This document shows, in pieces, positions 35,026 to 47,811 of a stretch of 64,000 bases of DNA. Source of the DNA: Sporopachydermia quercuum (taxonomy: Eukaryota); NCBI GenBank assembly GCA_001599295.1, contig BCGN01000002.1, forward strand, positions 1,116,001-1,180,000, read 5' to 3'. The notes under the pieces are model-generated. The model was not told the origin of the DNA. It did no database searches and saw nothing but the letters and a program-made list of their open reading frames with translations. The stretch's first letter is position 1. Every line of letters begins with the position of its first letter. A program made the position numbers and the translations under genes.

Positions 35026-36195
35026 ATGCAGAAATACATTACCAGTTCGCGGCTGGTGACGAAATCGGCAAGTGTCAGTTTGTCTCGGAAACTAGTGAAT
35101 GGTAGACATTTTGCTCAATGTGGGGTTATCAAATCACATGAGAACCCATTGGTAAGTAAAAGTGATAGAAAGTTCTTGTTTATTTGCTTGAAAAGTAAGC
35201 TAATATTATATAGGGATTACCTAAAAGAGGAGAAATTCCTCGAATGAGTAGAGGACTACCTGTAAAGCAGAAGATCAAAGGCGTAAAGAAAATTGTTCTG
35301 GTATCTTCTGCCAAAGGAGGAGTTGGAAAATCTACCATCTCTGGTATGTGGAGTGTTTTAGTCAATTGTTGATAAATATTGTCTTCCAAACTCGATTCTA
35401 ACAAACTTACAGTTAATTTGGCGATCTCGTTACAACAACTGGGGAAGAAAGTAGGAATTCTGGATGCTGATGTCTTTGGTCCTTCAATTCCCAAATTACT
35501 AAATCTAAGTGGTGAACCAAGGTTATCGCATGACGGACGTCTTTTTCCGATGATAAATTACGGTCTGCCATGTATGTCTATGGGGTTTTTAGTACGTCCT
35601 GAAGACGCAATTGTATGGAGAGGGTTAATGGTTATGAAAGCATTGAACCAACTGTTATTTGAAGTCGATTGGATATCGGGTGGAGGAGAATTGGATTTCC
35701 TGGTGATCGATATGCCACCGGGTACAGGCGATACCCAATTGACTATTGCTCAACAACTTGTAGTGGATGGTGCAGTGATTGTATCAACTCCACAAGACAT
35801 TGCACTGATCGACGCAATCAAAGGTATAACAATGATGGAAAAAGTAAAAATACCGGTAAGCTAACCTTTTTATCACTGTTTATTTCATTTTTTATGGTCT
35901 CCTCAAATTTTACTATTTCATTTTAACATTTTCTTAGATATTAGGAATGGTTCAGAACATGAGTTATTTTATATGTCCGAATTGTAACCATGAATCTCAC
36001 ATCTTTGGCAGAGATGGTGTATTAAAAGAAGCTGAAAAGCAGGGTTTGAAACTGTTGGGATCTGTTCCTTTGAATGGAGAAATATGTACACAATCAGACA
36101 AAGGAAAACCGATTGCACTAAATGGCTTCCAGTCCCAGATAGCAAAACCGTACTTCGAAATAGCTCAAAGAATAATCGATCAGCTAGAAGGTTAA
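35026..36195 (+). CDS. IND1: Mitochondrial Mrp/NBP35-family Fe-S P-loop NTPase Ind1 (NUBPL); exons 35026-35151, 35214-35343, 35413-35855, 35938-36195
   Basis: Presequence followed by [48 protein letters not shown]. Upstream in-frame ATG at 34945 is possible. Confidence 0.9.
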
Positions 36196-36619
36196 CGTAG
36201 ATAATATTGTTTATTATCGTATATAACGTTCAGCTTCCCTTGTACATATTCTCATCAGTACTGATTTGTTTGCTGTTCTCCAATATAACAACAATCTGTT
36301 ATAGTAGGCAAATGATAACGATAGTTGTTTTCACAAACTTCAATTGTGGTAAACTCCAATTTTAGTTTCTGTGGAGATCAATACTTATGTTTGCTACAGC
36401 CTTCATGTAATAGCAGAACATATATATATAATGAGTAGTTTCTCTTTCCTTCTCGTTACAACTGTGGATCTTAGGTTCCGCTATTATTAGAAGAGAATCA
36501 TTCATCATTGTATATTTAACTACCTTGCTTTTATATTATTCGATAAACCAATTCGTTCATTTAATCGTTTGCTGCTGACATCAATATAGAATGTTGAGAG
36601 TTTGCTAGTTTATATTGCT

Positions 36620-37897
36620 ATGCTTAATAATACTGATAATCCAACGGCGATAGGAAAAATGTTACAAAATATTCTGTACTATATGTGTATTTACACAATG
36701 TTAGTGGAAATAGTAGTAGCGGGACCTTCACCAAGGCCATTACTACTCGACTATCAACTAGCAAATTACGAAGAAATGTTTGATTCTTTAAATGGTGCTT
36801 CCTTTGCTCAAGAAAATTATAAGGCATCTGTACTCGTTCATGGTTTAGTTACTAACAAAACAGAACCGGTACTTAATCAAACATTGAGTGAAGTTAGCGA
36901 TACAAATAATAGTTTAGATCCAAACCATTTATATGAGAAANNTCAGGCTGAATCAGCTGATTTGAACCAAAATTTGGAATTGGATCTCAATTTGGTAGAA
37001 AATAAAGGTGAGGTAGATGAGATAGCATCTGCCATGAATCCAGTCGAATATCTGAATGAAACCAGTGAAGAGTATGATATCCCTATTGATGATCGCACGG
37101 TTTCGGAAAAGACGTATGATTTGGAGTCATTAGGGTTATTTGAGATCATCGATGAATTCAGTGATTACGATACAGGTTTCCCTAATGGAATTAGTACAGA
37201 TCTTCCCTACGACGTTTCTGAGCAAACTACTGAAACTTCGAACGAAAACATAGCAAGTCAAGTTTCTAATGAAAGTAATGTTCCTGATAGACCTGTGAGT
37301 GGCGATGTTGAGAATGTAATTGATTGGAGCCTAGATAGTACGGGGGAAAACACAGAGAAGAGTGCCGAAATCCTGAAAACGACTGAAGAAACTTCTGTTT
37401 TAGATTTAGAACATATGACTGAAAACTCCAATGTTACTTTGACTACCCCAGTTTCAAATGTTTCTGAGAGCACATCAGATAATACTATTGTTCTGACTTC
37501 TTCAGCTCACTTGCCCTCTTCTTCCTCTGAAGTGCCAGAATCTCGCGGCTCTTCTACATTTTTGCAAGAAGATACTACTTTGACTCCAATATTGTCTTCC
37601 CAAACGACATCGGCAATTGTTGAAACTAGCGCGATTTCAACATTCTCGTATCATTATCAACAATTCAAGACACAAGTTCATAAAAATACAACTAGGCACG
37701 ATACTACGGAAGTCTATAATAATAATAATAACAACCACCTAATCAAAAATAATAACACCAATATTGATTCAAGTAATAAAGATGACTCTACGGGATACTC
37801 TGATGTGCCGGATGATGAATCAAAAGGTTCTTCGTTGTATTTCAAATCAGATTTAGCTGGAATCGCCGTAGCACTTGTTGCAATCTTAATCATTTAA
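36620..37897 (+). CDS. Orphan acidic Ser/Thr-rich putative secreted, GPI-anchored surface protein
   Basis: Long ORF with a hydrophobic N-terminal segment (MLQNILYYMCIYTMLVEIVVA, ATG 36659), many N-x-S/T sequons, and a C-terminal SKGSS plus hydrophobic tail LAGIAVALVAILII. No family recognised. Confidence 0.65.
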   Translation: MLNNTDNPTAIGKMLQNILYYMCIYTMLVEIVVAGPSPRPLLLDYQLANYEEMFDSLNGASFAQENYKASVLVHGLVTNKTEPVLNQTLSEVSDTNNSLDPNHLYEKXQAESADLNQNLELDLNLVENKGEVDEIASAMNPVEYLNETSEEYDIPIDDRTVSEKTYDLESLGLFEIIDEFSDYDTGFPNGISTDLPYDVSEQTTETSNENIASQVSNESNVPDRPVSGDVENVIDWSLDSTGENTEKSAEILKTTEETSVLDLEHMTENSNVTLTTPVSNVSESTSDNTIVLTSSAHLPSSSSEVPESRGSSTFLQEDTTLTPILSSQTTSAIVETSAISTFSYHYQQFKTQVHKNTTRHDTTEVYNNNNNNHLIKNNNTNIDSSNKDDSTGYSDVPDDESKGSSLYFKSDLAGIAVALVAILII

Positions 37898-40152
37898 ATG
37901 TGTAATACTTCTTAATAATTGATTACAATAAAATTTAATATTTGATTTATTCTACTAATTAATTTTAGGAATGACAGTCTTGCAGCTAAATCATCGAACC
38001 ATTCGATCCCATCATTTCAAATCCTGTCCAGGACTTTTTATTTTACTTTCGTCAATCCCTTCCTTATCTGGCAAGCCAGTGCTATCTCTTAAAAAGATTA
38101 CTATGATAATGCACCAGGCAGCTTCGATGCATCAATTACGCATCGCCTGTATCCATTTTCACTCTTTCCGCCAGCTTCACGGATTAATTCTCAATCATCT
38201 TCACTTAGACTTGTCTCCCATATATTCCATGACATAGTCACATTGCCTCATCACCAACAAACTTTATTTAAAGTTGAACAACTTTTATGTTTACGCTGCC
38301 TAATTACATTACGCTTTAGCCGGATTCAGCATTAAAGCCAAATTTTAAGTTTTGGAAACATTTGATATTGTATGACAAAGTTCAATCGGATTAACCAAGT
38401 TATCCGGTGACCGACAAGAAACTTAAAGAAACTTGACAAGATCTGAAGATCAGTTTCAATTGATATCAGTTATATGGAAACAGTGATATATGGTAAAGAG
38501 GAATACAAAAAATGAAAGGAAGAGGGGAATTGATTTTCATTTAAGAGAGGTATTATCTGGAATGAGTAAATGCTTGAAGGAATAGAAGAATAAAAACCAT
38601 TTTTTGATGATCATTAATTGTAATAGTTTACTATGAGGAATGAACCTCATACCAAGATAAAATGCATAGTGCATACAGTCTAATTTTTCGATTCTAAACC
38701 AAAGCTTGTTGGTCTACATTGTACTTGTAAATAATGTGAAAAGGTCCAATTAAAAGTAAACTATTATGAGTACCGTTTGATTGATATGTGACATACAGTC
38801 ATACTCAAAGTTTTTCGATACGACAGGATTTACTTATTAAACAGGACTCTTTGACTCTTATTGGATTTGCTTTAAGTCGAAAGAGACGGAGGTCAGTCCT
38901 TCATAGTTCTCTATATGTTACCGAACTGATTCTTCAAACGAAAGGCAACGGACAACTCAACTAGGTTCAACGGTTCTTTATGTTTCCATAGTTCCCCTCC
39001 CTATCAACTCGGGCCTAAATGATGAGTAGCTAACGCCTTACTCTAGAAAGGACCAGGAGAAGCCAAGACTATTATCACCGAATTAAAATGCAAGGAATAA
39101 TTTTCCATCTACTACAAATCAAAAGATAAAACTTTTGATGCTTGTCAATTGGTTGAACTTTTCTTTTTTCTTCTTTTTGACTTATCTATTGCTTATTCTC
39201 ACGGCAAAATCTCTTACTCCCATCTTCTGCAAAAGAGCGATTATTTAAACCACATTTTTCATCTAATTCCATTTTCAAAGTTTTTCAAGCCAACTTTTTT
39301 AGGCAATTACTTCTCTTCTCGATTAGTTGTTTTTACTCTTCCAATCCATTGCTTCAACAAACCATTGTTGGGCTTATCTTCAATTCCTCATTATTTCATT
39401 TGTCCTAAAACTAGTCAATTGTAACACAGATTGACTTTTGTAAGATTTGTACAAGAATCATTATCTGCGTGACTCATGTAAGACAACGCATAAATCTACA
39501 TGCAATTGTAAAACCTTAACGTTATGTTTGTTTTAAGAATAAAATTTTCCTCCCTCACCGCCTTCTCTATCTTCTTTTCTTTATTTCACTAACAAATATG
39601 AAATGTAAGAGCAAAAATACTATCTTTCAATCTATATTCACTAGTAGAATCACTTTTAAACAATTAGTCTCTTGGCTGATTTATTTTAATTTGGAAAAAA
39701 AATTGTTCCAAATATTTGTCAACTAAGGGCTAATCTATTTCGTTTAAGATCTATCAAACCATAGCCATATCATATCATATCATACCATTAATGAGTGGTT
39801 CATATAACATCTTACTGTTCAATTTATCAACACATAAAACAGCAATCATACAAAGTTGAGAACAAAGTTGATATTTCCACCTTCAAAATCAAATCTTCAT
39901 TTCACAACTCAAATAATTATAATCATAATTATTATTTTTTTTTTATGCTCTTTCCTCTGTGCGCTTTTATGTTTATTCAGCCGTTAATCAGAAGTTCGAT
40001 AGAAGGATAGAAAAAAAAGATAATCATCGTCATATTATCGTCGTATTGTCATCATCTTATCGTTATCTTACCGTCGTACTAGCTTTTGAGCATTTGTTAC
40101 TCTAAATTCTATACAAAGCAACTATCAAAGCTCTAGTTGCACCATTTCAATC

Positions 40153-42222
40153 ATGGTTGTTATTGATGGGGTTAAATATGCCTGCGAAAGGTGTATAAGA
40201 GGACACAGAGTAACAACCTGTACTCACACAGACCAACCATTAATTCTCATCAAACCAAAGGGACGACCAGCTACTCAATGTCATCATTGTCGAGAAGCCC
40301 GAAAATCAAAGAATCACCACGCTGTTTGTCTTTGTAGCAATAAGAAAAAGAAGGCAAAGGATAAAGAGAAAAAGAAGAAATCAGATTCAACCTCTTCAGA
40401 TTTGTCAGAAGGAGGGAAAGTCATGAAACCAGGTCATAATTGCAGTTGTAATGAGGATGGCGATTGTGTGTGTTCCTCAAGAATGAAGAAGGGACCTAGT
40501 AATGGAAATGATCCCCCAGCTACAACTGATAAAAAAGCATCCGATTTAGTTGGTCCTGATAGTTCCAATTCTGAATTTCCATTTCCGCTGGCGGTTTATT
40601 CCAATAACGATAACAATTTACCTCCACAAGACATCAAACCTAACATTAACTCTAGTAGAAGATCTACTTCGAGCCTAATACATCAATCTTTTTCATCGAT
40701 TGATGTACCAAGCATGAATGATCGAAGGAGTCATGAAAGTTTGACTTCATCTTTTGCTAAATCATCTTATAATTCATTATTTGCCCCGTTAAAGCCTGGG
40801 AAATCTACCACTGCATTAAACAAAATGGGTCACGTTTATCCGCCTTTACACACGCATTCATACATCACAAATAATCCTGGAAATCATCAGGCAAAAGATC
40901 TAATAGACAGTACTGGAAAATTTTCTGATCTTAAGTTATCAAATCACGGAACTCAACGCTCAGCTTCAGTTTCACATAGCATGTCTAATAATGATGGCCA
41001 TTCCTCTTCGTTGTATGGAATATCTTCTCAACATCAACATCAACATCAACAACAGCAAATCCAATCCTTCGACAATAAATGGTGGAATGAGTCTAATAGC
41101 AGCCTTTCAAGAAATAGAAGCACCAGTAATTTATCAATTGATAAGCCAGAAGTTAGTCGTGTAAGACAAATTGGAATGGAGACATTGTCAATAGCCCGAC
41201 CCATAACGCCAAATACAAGAAGAAACGTTGGGGAAGTTAGAATATCTGTTGATGTTGACCCATTTGTTGATACTGATGATTTCTTTGGTCGACCGCAATC
41301 AGCAACAAGTCAGAGTCATATTCAGAATCATTATAAAAATCATAATGGAGTGTCACAATTAGCACAACATCCTAATAGGGACTTTTCCCCTATTGGTGAT
41401 AGCAATTCTGATTCATCACCGCCGTCACTTAAATTTTTCTCCGATGCTCGGCCAACCAGTGCTAATAATATAAATCTAAATCAATTTCGACGTCCCGTAC
41501 AATCAAGAGGGAATACTGATGAATTCATCCATAAACAAGGTATCGACTCTGGTGAGCCTCTTGCATCTCTTGTTGGTATAAATCTAGCATATGGATTTGA
41601 TGACGATGGAGCCAATGATGGTACGTTGTTCTGGAAAGGGAGTAATGAGATTGATGGTACTGGAGGACGATTCCAGAATATGGATTCTTTGATGACAGAT
41701 TCAACCGATACGTCAAATTCTAATGAAGTGTCTAATACTAATGATAATAAGAACAAGATAGTAAATGGGAATATCAATCTTAATGATGTCAATCCAATCA
41801 GTACATTCTCTGGAAATGGATCTTTACCTAATATTCCAATAGGTTTAACTGAATTAGATGGTCAACTTGTCAATGATAATAGCGATATAAACGCTGGCAA
41901 CAATGATAATATGAATGCCAATGCAAATGGTAATAATCTAGCTATGGAACCAATTACAAACAAAAAAGAAGATGAGACAGTCCCACCTGCAGATTTCAAT
42001 TTCAATTTAAGTCTCAACGACATGTCCTCTGGAATGTACCCTTCTGAATCTTTTATGTCTGACAGTACTGATCTTGCGAGCTCTGTTTCCAGTTCTTTTA
42101 TTGATCTTGGATCTTTAAAGAATGACTCAAATATTGATTGGAATGACTTGAATGTAGGAGGTGGAAATACAGTGTCAGGAAGAAGAGTTCCAAATCATCA
42201 ACCTAATGCAACTTTCTTCTAA
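40153..42222 (+). CDS. Copper-fist transcription factor (Haa1/Cup2(Ace1) family)
   Basis: MVVIDGVKYACERCIRGHRVTTCTHTDQPLILIKPKGRPATQCHHC, followed by Cys-x-Cys clusters and a long low-complexity activation region. Confidence 0.9.
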   Translation: MVVIDGVKYACERCIRGHRVTTCTHTDQPLILIKPKGRPATQCHHCREARKSKNHHAVCLCSNKKKKAKDKEKKKKSDSTSSDLSEGGKVMKPGHNCSCNEDGDCVCSSRMKKGPSNGNDPPATTDKKASDLVGPDSSNSEFPFPLAVYSNNDNNLPPQDIKPNINSSRRSTSSLIHQSFSSIDVPSMNDRRSHESLTSSFAKSSYNSLFAPLKPGKSTTALNKMGHVYPPLHTHSYITNNPGNHQAKDLIDSTGKFSDLKLSNHGTQRSASVSHSMSNNDGHSSSLYGISSQHQHQHQQQQIQSFDNKWWNESNSSLSRNRSTSNLSIDKPEVSRVRQIGMETLSIARPITPNTRRNVGEVRISVDVDPFVDTDDFFGRPQSATSQSHIQNHYKNHNGVSQLAQHPNRDFSPIGDSNSDSSPPSLKFFSDARPTSANNINLNQFRRPVQSRGNTDEFIHKQGIDSGEPLASLVGINLAYGFDDDGANDGTLFWKGSNEIDGTGGRFQNMDSLMTDSTDTSNSNEVSNTNDNKNKIVNGNINLNDVNPISTFSGNGSLPNIPIGLTELDGQLVNDNSDINAGNNDNMNANANGNNLAMEPITNKKEDETVPPADFNFNLSLNDMSSGMYPSESFMSDSTDLASSVSSSFIDLGSLKNDSNIDWNDLNVGGGNTVSGRRVPNHQPNATFF

Positions 42223-42476
42223 CAATGAATTACTTACTATGTGCAAAATTCTATTATATTTATGCCCATGATGGTTCTAATTCTAGACTATTATTTCAAT
42301 TGCCCTAAATCTCAACTTAATTAATAAAGATTAGAATTAGTTAATCTAAAACTAATTATCAATCACGTTCTATATTCTCTAAAACTATGCATGAGAAAAT
42401 GATCTTTTGTAGATAGTAATGTGTTCATATAGTAAGTGAATGGGTCTCAAATCCATGAAGAATTCAATTATCTTTT

Positions 42477-44324
42477 TCACCATGTTTCTTGAATGAATCT
42501 TCCAGTTAATTCCATTTGATTAGTGTACTCTTTTGCTTTATCCTCATTCACATCAAGTTTCTCTCTTATCAATGTTTCTATTGTAATTTTAACCTGTCTA
42601 GGCATCTTTCCTGAAGACCCACATAAGTATAAAATACCTGACTTGTTGAACAAAACATCAAAAACATCATCACCATGCTTATATAACTGATCTTGAACGT
42701 ACCCTCCACTTTGTCTTGAAAATGCTGCGAAGATCTTTAATCCTTCAGCCTCTAATTTTTCCCAATCATCTCTAAATAAATAGTCCTTATTTTTAAATCT
42801 AAAACCTGGGAATAAAATAGAATCTCCAGCTCCACCATCTGGTGCTAAACATCCTCTGTTCTTGAAATCTAACAATAAGCTACGTATAGGGGCTATCCCT
42901 GTACCAGGACCAACACATATAACGGGCTTATCACCCTTAGGCATTTCTAACGTAGTCTTATCAATGGAAAAAGGTATAACATCACCAACTTGTAGACTAG
43001 CAATATACTTTGTACATACACCCTCTCTTATCAGTCTAATAATTGTTTGATACTTAACGATAGCTACTGCTAAACTAAGTGTTTTAGAAGAAGGTGGAGA
43101 TGCTAGTGAATACATTCTAGGTCTCAATTGAGGTAAAACATCAAGAAGGTACTCAACTGGTAGGTTTAATGATGAAAATTCTAATAGAACCTCAAGAATG
43201 GATCTCCTTGGTCTTGATGTATAATTGAATAGATCTTCTTCGTTCTCCAACAAAGTAAACTCCTGTAACTTTTCCTGCTCTCGTTCTTCAGAGGCAAATG
43301 GCCATATAGTATCAAAAAATGCTCTTCCCGGGATAGCCATTAAATCCAAGTGATGCGTAATAAGAGATCTTAACGTTAGAGGATCAACCCAACCGCCTTG
43401 TGGGACAGAATAATTACCAGGAATCCTCACCTTACGATCAGCGAGGTCTTGCCATGTAAATCGTTCTATCAATGCATTCACATTTTCTATCCTATTAATA
43501 GGATATATTGAAACAGTATCTCCTGGTGAAACATTGATTTGGCTTTCAGGCTCAATTAACAAATGCCGAACGTCTTGGAAATGATCTTTAGCTGTCATTC
43601 TAGTATTCTCAACAATTTTTCCTCTGTAGATTGGAGAAGATGCAGGAGTTAGATGATTATTGGGGTTATTGTTGTTATTGATTCTTATTAGAGACATAGC
43701 AGCTGGTTGTAGTTCAGTTAATCGTTTAGGTTTCAGAATTTCAACAGTCAATTCGTACTTCACTGGAAGACTCTGCTTTGGTACTATTGTTTCAAACTCA
43801 ACTCCTGGTAATAATTCCTTGACTATATTCTTCATTAAGATTGATTCCCATTCCATGAAAAACCTATCAACACCTTCGGGACTCATTTCATCACCTTCGC
43901 CTCTAGTAGAGAAAACTGTAGCACCCAGTTGCAACAACCTTTTATGCAATTTTCTGATAGCCCAATTGTATTTAGTATAAGATGAATCACCTAAACCAAA
44001 AGTCGAAAATCTAATATGAGATAACAAATTTGATGGTAAATCCGTGCGTAAGAGGAACTTCCAGAATTTCCTGCAGTTCCTAGGTAAATCACCTTGTCCT
44101 GTAGTTGAACAAAGAAATATCATATGGCTTTCTTTCAGGAGATCTTTCAAATCATAATCATTCATTTCAAAAACTCTTGAAGTTATTCCATATCTTTCAC
44201 ATTTTCTTGATAGTTGTCGACTTAACTCCGCTGAGTTTCCTGTCTCCGTACCTACTAGAATCGTTACTAGAGCTTTGGAAGCTCTCGTTTCAGCACTATA
44301 GTCACCTTTTGATTCATCTACCAT
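42477..44324 (-). CDS. TAH18: NADPH-dependent diflavin oxidoreductase (cytosolic Fe-S assembly)
   Basis: GTETGNS, STTGQGDLP, GLGDSSY, YTSRPRRSILE, PRMYSLAS, GPGTGIAP, CGSSGKMP, terminal QETW. Confidence 0.93.
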   Translation of the reverse strand: MVDESKGDYSAETRASKALVTILVGTETGNSAELSRQLSRKCERYGITSRVFEMNDYDLKDLLKESHMIFLCSTTGQGDLPRNCRKFWKFLLRTDLPSNLLSHIRFSTFGLGDSSYTKYNWAIRKLHKRLLQLGATVFSTRGEGDEMSPEGVDRFFMEWESILMKNIVKELLPGVEFETIVPKQSLPVKYELTVEILKPKRLTELQPAAMSLIRINNNNNPNNHLTPASSPIYRGKIVENTRMTAKDHFQDVRHLLIEPESQINVSPGDTVSIYPINRIENVNALIERFTWQDLADRKVRIPGNYSVPQGGWVDPLTLRSLITHHLDLMAIPGRAFFDTIWPFASEEREQEKLQEFTLLENEEDLFNYTSRPRRSILEVLLEFSSLNLPVEYLLDVLPQLRPRMYSLASPPSSKTLSLAVAIVKYQTIIRLIREGVCTKYIASLQVGDVIPFSIDKTTLEMPKGDKPVICVGPGTGIAPIRSLLLDFKNRGCLAPDGGAGDSILFPGFRFKNKDYLFRDDWEKLEAEGLKIFAAFSRQSGGYVQDQLYKHGDDVFDVLFNKSGILYLCGSSGKMPRQVKITIETLIREKLDVNEDKAKEYTNQMELTGRFIQETW

Positions 44325-45224
44325 TGTGTTATGCAGTGTGTTACGAGATCAGGTAAAACATGAAGAGATCTAATCGAAATGCAAATGAACTGGCTATGAT
44401 TCTTCTCCTTCTTATCTTTAACTTTTTTATTTTCTTATTTTTTTATTTTCTGGTTTCCTTCTCCACAGGTTGATACAATTCTAGCTCTTTGGCCCTTCGC
44501 TCTGCCTGCCATACATTTCTTCGGTGGAACTGTCAATATTGATGAGACAATAAGATTTGAATTCTTGCTATCCACTTCAACCCCCGAGACTCTTATCGCC
44601 AAATCTTCAGTTGATTTCATAAGCAGCAACACTCTCATTCGTTTACGATAGTAAACCTCAACAATATAGCTTATTTGATTGATTTTCTAAAACATATTAT
44701 CTCCTATCCTCTGATTGGTCTGTATATGAGAACAGTATCATTTATTGCATTCTATTTTCTTTTAGCTAATTCGAACTCTTCCATAGCTCAAGATTTTTTT
44801 CACTTATTATTACCCCTGCATGAATTCAAATCCCGGCTAATTTCAGTAATTGATCCTATCATTCTATGAATTCCTGTGATTACTAAGTCAAGTAAACATC
44901 ATACTGCCTTTTTTGATTTAGGATTTACGTATTACGTAATCTGATGATCGAAAAATTATACTGAAATACGGATATAATGGTATTATCATTGAGTGTATAA
45001 TTTCCGATGATTATCACCTTCCTTCCCTTCGCAAAGAGTTCCATGACCATCTGTATCATTATGACCGCCAGGTTGATTGATCTTTTTTCATTATGTGAGT
45101 ACTCTTCTCCCTAATTTGAAAATTATCAATGTACTAGTTTGTTCATCCAATATATTAATGAAAGGAAACCTTACGGATTCTTTGTAGCAATCAAGTTTCC
45201 ACAGGTTTATCTAGTGTTGTCAGA

Positions 45225-45977
45225 ATGAGTATCCTGAGAACTCCTTACCTAATTACCTGGAACAGGTCCATCAGCACAGCTTTCAATACAAATAGAAATG
45301 CAGCCATCATAAGGTCTGCTGTCAAGCAAAGGTATTGTGACAGTAAACCTACTTTGTCTGCAGGTTTTCACACTTCCATAATAAGGCCGACCAAAGATGC
45401 TAAAGAGACGAGCAATTCTGAATCTGAGACAACTGCTGAAAATACTGCCGAATCACCAGAAGTTGAAACAGAAGTCGACCAGAATGATCCTTTAGCAAAA
45501 TGCCAATCTGAGCTAGAAAAATCTAAAGCTGAAACTGCCCAATTGAAGGACTTTTATATGCGTACTCTTGCTGATTTCAAGAATCTTCAAAAGACAACCG
45601 AAAGAGAAATTAAGAAAGCAAAGGATTTTGCTCTTCAGAAGTTTGCCAAAGATTTACTCGAATCGGCAGACAATTTTGATAGAGCATTGAGTTCTGTTCC
45701 CGAAGAGCTAGTGACTCAAAATAAGCAAGTTCTCGATGTAGTTGAAGGTGTCAAAATGACCAGAGATGTGTTCATGAAAACCCTTGCAAAACACGGAATT
45801 GAGAAAATTGATCCCAAAGGCGAGAAATTTGATCCTAATTTGCATGAAGCCACATTTGAAGTTCCTCAACCAGATAAAGAGCCTGGATCTGTATTTTTCG
45901 TCCAACAAGTAGGTTATTCACTTAATAATAGAGTTATCCGTCCTGCGAAAGTTGGTGTCGTTAAAGAAGTAGAATAA
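45225..45977 (+). CDS. MGE1: Mitochondrial GrpE nucleotide exchange factor
   Basis: RTLADFKNLQ, FALQKFAKDLLES, FDPNLHEATFE, RVIRPAKVGVV; presequence. Confidence 0.95.
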   Translation: MSILRTPYLITWNRSISTAFNTNRNAAIIRSAVKQRYCDSKPTLSAGFHTSIIRPTKDAKETSNSESETTAENTAESPEVETEVDQNDPLAKCQSELEKSKAETAQLKDFYMRTLADFKNLQKTTEREIKKAKDFALQKFAKDLLESADNFDRALSSVPEELVTQNKQVLDVVEGVKMTRDVFMKTLAKHGIEKIDPKGEKFDPNLHEATFEVPQPDKEPGSVFFVQQVGYSLNNRVIRPAKVGVVKEVE

Positions 45978-46363
45978 CTGATTCGTCCATCCTCATTTAA
46001 ACGTCATTGATTCCATTAAGGCGCGTTTCGGGTCAATAGAAGAGGCTGAGTTCATTTTGATAGAGTCATTCGTCTGAAAAAAAAAGGTAATAAATGGTAG
46101 TGATATCAGACCTGTTGGAGTCTGATCATAAGTTTACTCAAGTAGAGCTACGATATATTGAGAATACACACATATGTACATAATGAGAATAATCTACATT
46201 TTATGCTTCTTATGTAACAGGGAAGGTAAGTCATTGTAGTATATACAAGAAAATAGAAAATCAAGTATGATTGTCTACCAAACATAGCTATGTTTTCATA
46301 AATGAGCTACCAAATTCCAGTTAATTGATAAATTTCTTAGTAGAACACAATGTTCTTCCTTAG

Positions 46364-47811
46364 CTATCTCAGTTCCACTTTATAAGTCTCAACAAGTTGC
46401 TCTCTCACTTTATCTTGTAAAGAATTTATTTCATCGTTAGTTAAGTTTCTATCCATTGACTGATAGTTAATTCTATAACATAAACTCTTTTTATTAGTCT
46501 TTGGGTGAACAAACTGATCAATCAGTGCAACACTTTCAACCAAATCTCCCCCAATGCCTCTAACCAGTTCCATCAAATCATTTTCGTGCATCTCATTTGC
46601 TAAGTCAGAATATGGTAACCAAAATGAAACGTCCCTAGTAGTCCCTGGATACTTGGAATACGGTCTGAATGTTCTAATCTTACCATCTTGAAATTGTTCT
46701 ACAAATCTTTCATCTTGACTCCAAAGAATACGAATATCAGGTATGCCAAACAACAACATTGCAATTCTATCTAAACCAATTCCAAAGGCCCAACCAACTT
46801 TTTCACCTACTCCTGAATTCTCTAGAACATATTTTTGAACAACACCACATCCACAGCATTCTAGCCAATCTCCTTTCCACCAGACTTCAATCTCCCAACT
46901 AGGAGACGTCCAAGGGAAATATGCTTCAACCCACCGAACTTTCAAAGGTTCATGAAGATCAGGATCATCATGACCATCAGCAATAGCCGCCTTCTTTGCC
47001 GTATTAAACACCTCATCAACTAGCAATTCGATTGTTCTTTTCAGATGCTGTCCAATCAATTCAGTCTCTAATTCGGACATATGACTTTGTCTAGGATTAA
47101 TCTTATCGTCAAATGGTAGTCCATTATCTTCCACAATTAAAGCAGTTTTGGGAATTGCTGCAAGATCAGCTTTGAGTCTATCAATCAACTGTTCTTTTCC
47201 ACCCAGTTCCTTTTCGCTCCATACACGGCCACCCTCTAATTGGTGGAATCCTGGATAATGAGTACGATCTATTTCATCTCTTCTGTATACATCAGCACAA
47301 ATCAAATACCCAGGAGTCTTAGATTTCGTGAAACATTCTTGTTCATGTGCTGAGGTATGAGTCCGTAACAATGTGTCCTTGTTTATGTAGTATGTATCTG
47401 TTTTGCTTCTACCGGGATGATCTTTTGGGAAACCTAGAACATCGAAATTCTCATAGGTAGTCACAACAGGATCAAAATCCTTGTAAATAGTGTATCCAAG
47501 TCCTCCAAATCGTTTCTCGATCAAACTCTGTAAAATACCTATAGGATGACCAGACTGTTTATATAGTTTCCTTTCAGTTAACTTAAGAATTGTAGGAGTA
47601 ACATTAGTCCATTCATCAGTTTTATATTCCTTGCCACCAATTGCAATTACAGATGCTATCCAATTGAGTTAGTCCCCGTTAGAAAAAAGTCATTGTGCGG
47701 TTTGATAATCAAATTGATAGTCAAATATCACATACGTTTGCTGTTCGTGGCATAACGTCGAATAGCTCCTGAGATGCTTGAGCGACAGGCTAAAACGACA
47801 GTTCTACTCAT
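46364..47811 (-). CDS. MSF1: Mitochondrial phenylalanyl-tRNA synthetase; exons 47811-47736, 47655-46364
   Basis: TDEWTNV, LRTHTSAH, VYRRDEID, AYFPWTSPSWE, GWAFGIGLDR, C-terminal FDX anticodon-binding domain. Confidence 0.95.

Noticed and set aside
37971..40010. Small ORFs and low-complexity (CATAT)n and ATC/GTC runs upstream of the copper-fist gene
   Set aside because: No motifs or coding-like composition; consistent with a long AT-rich promoter or 5' UTR.
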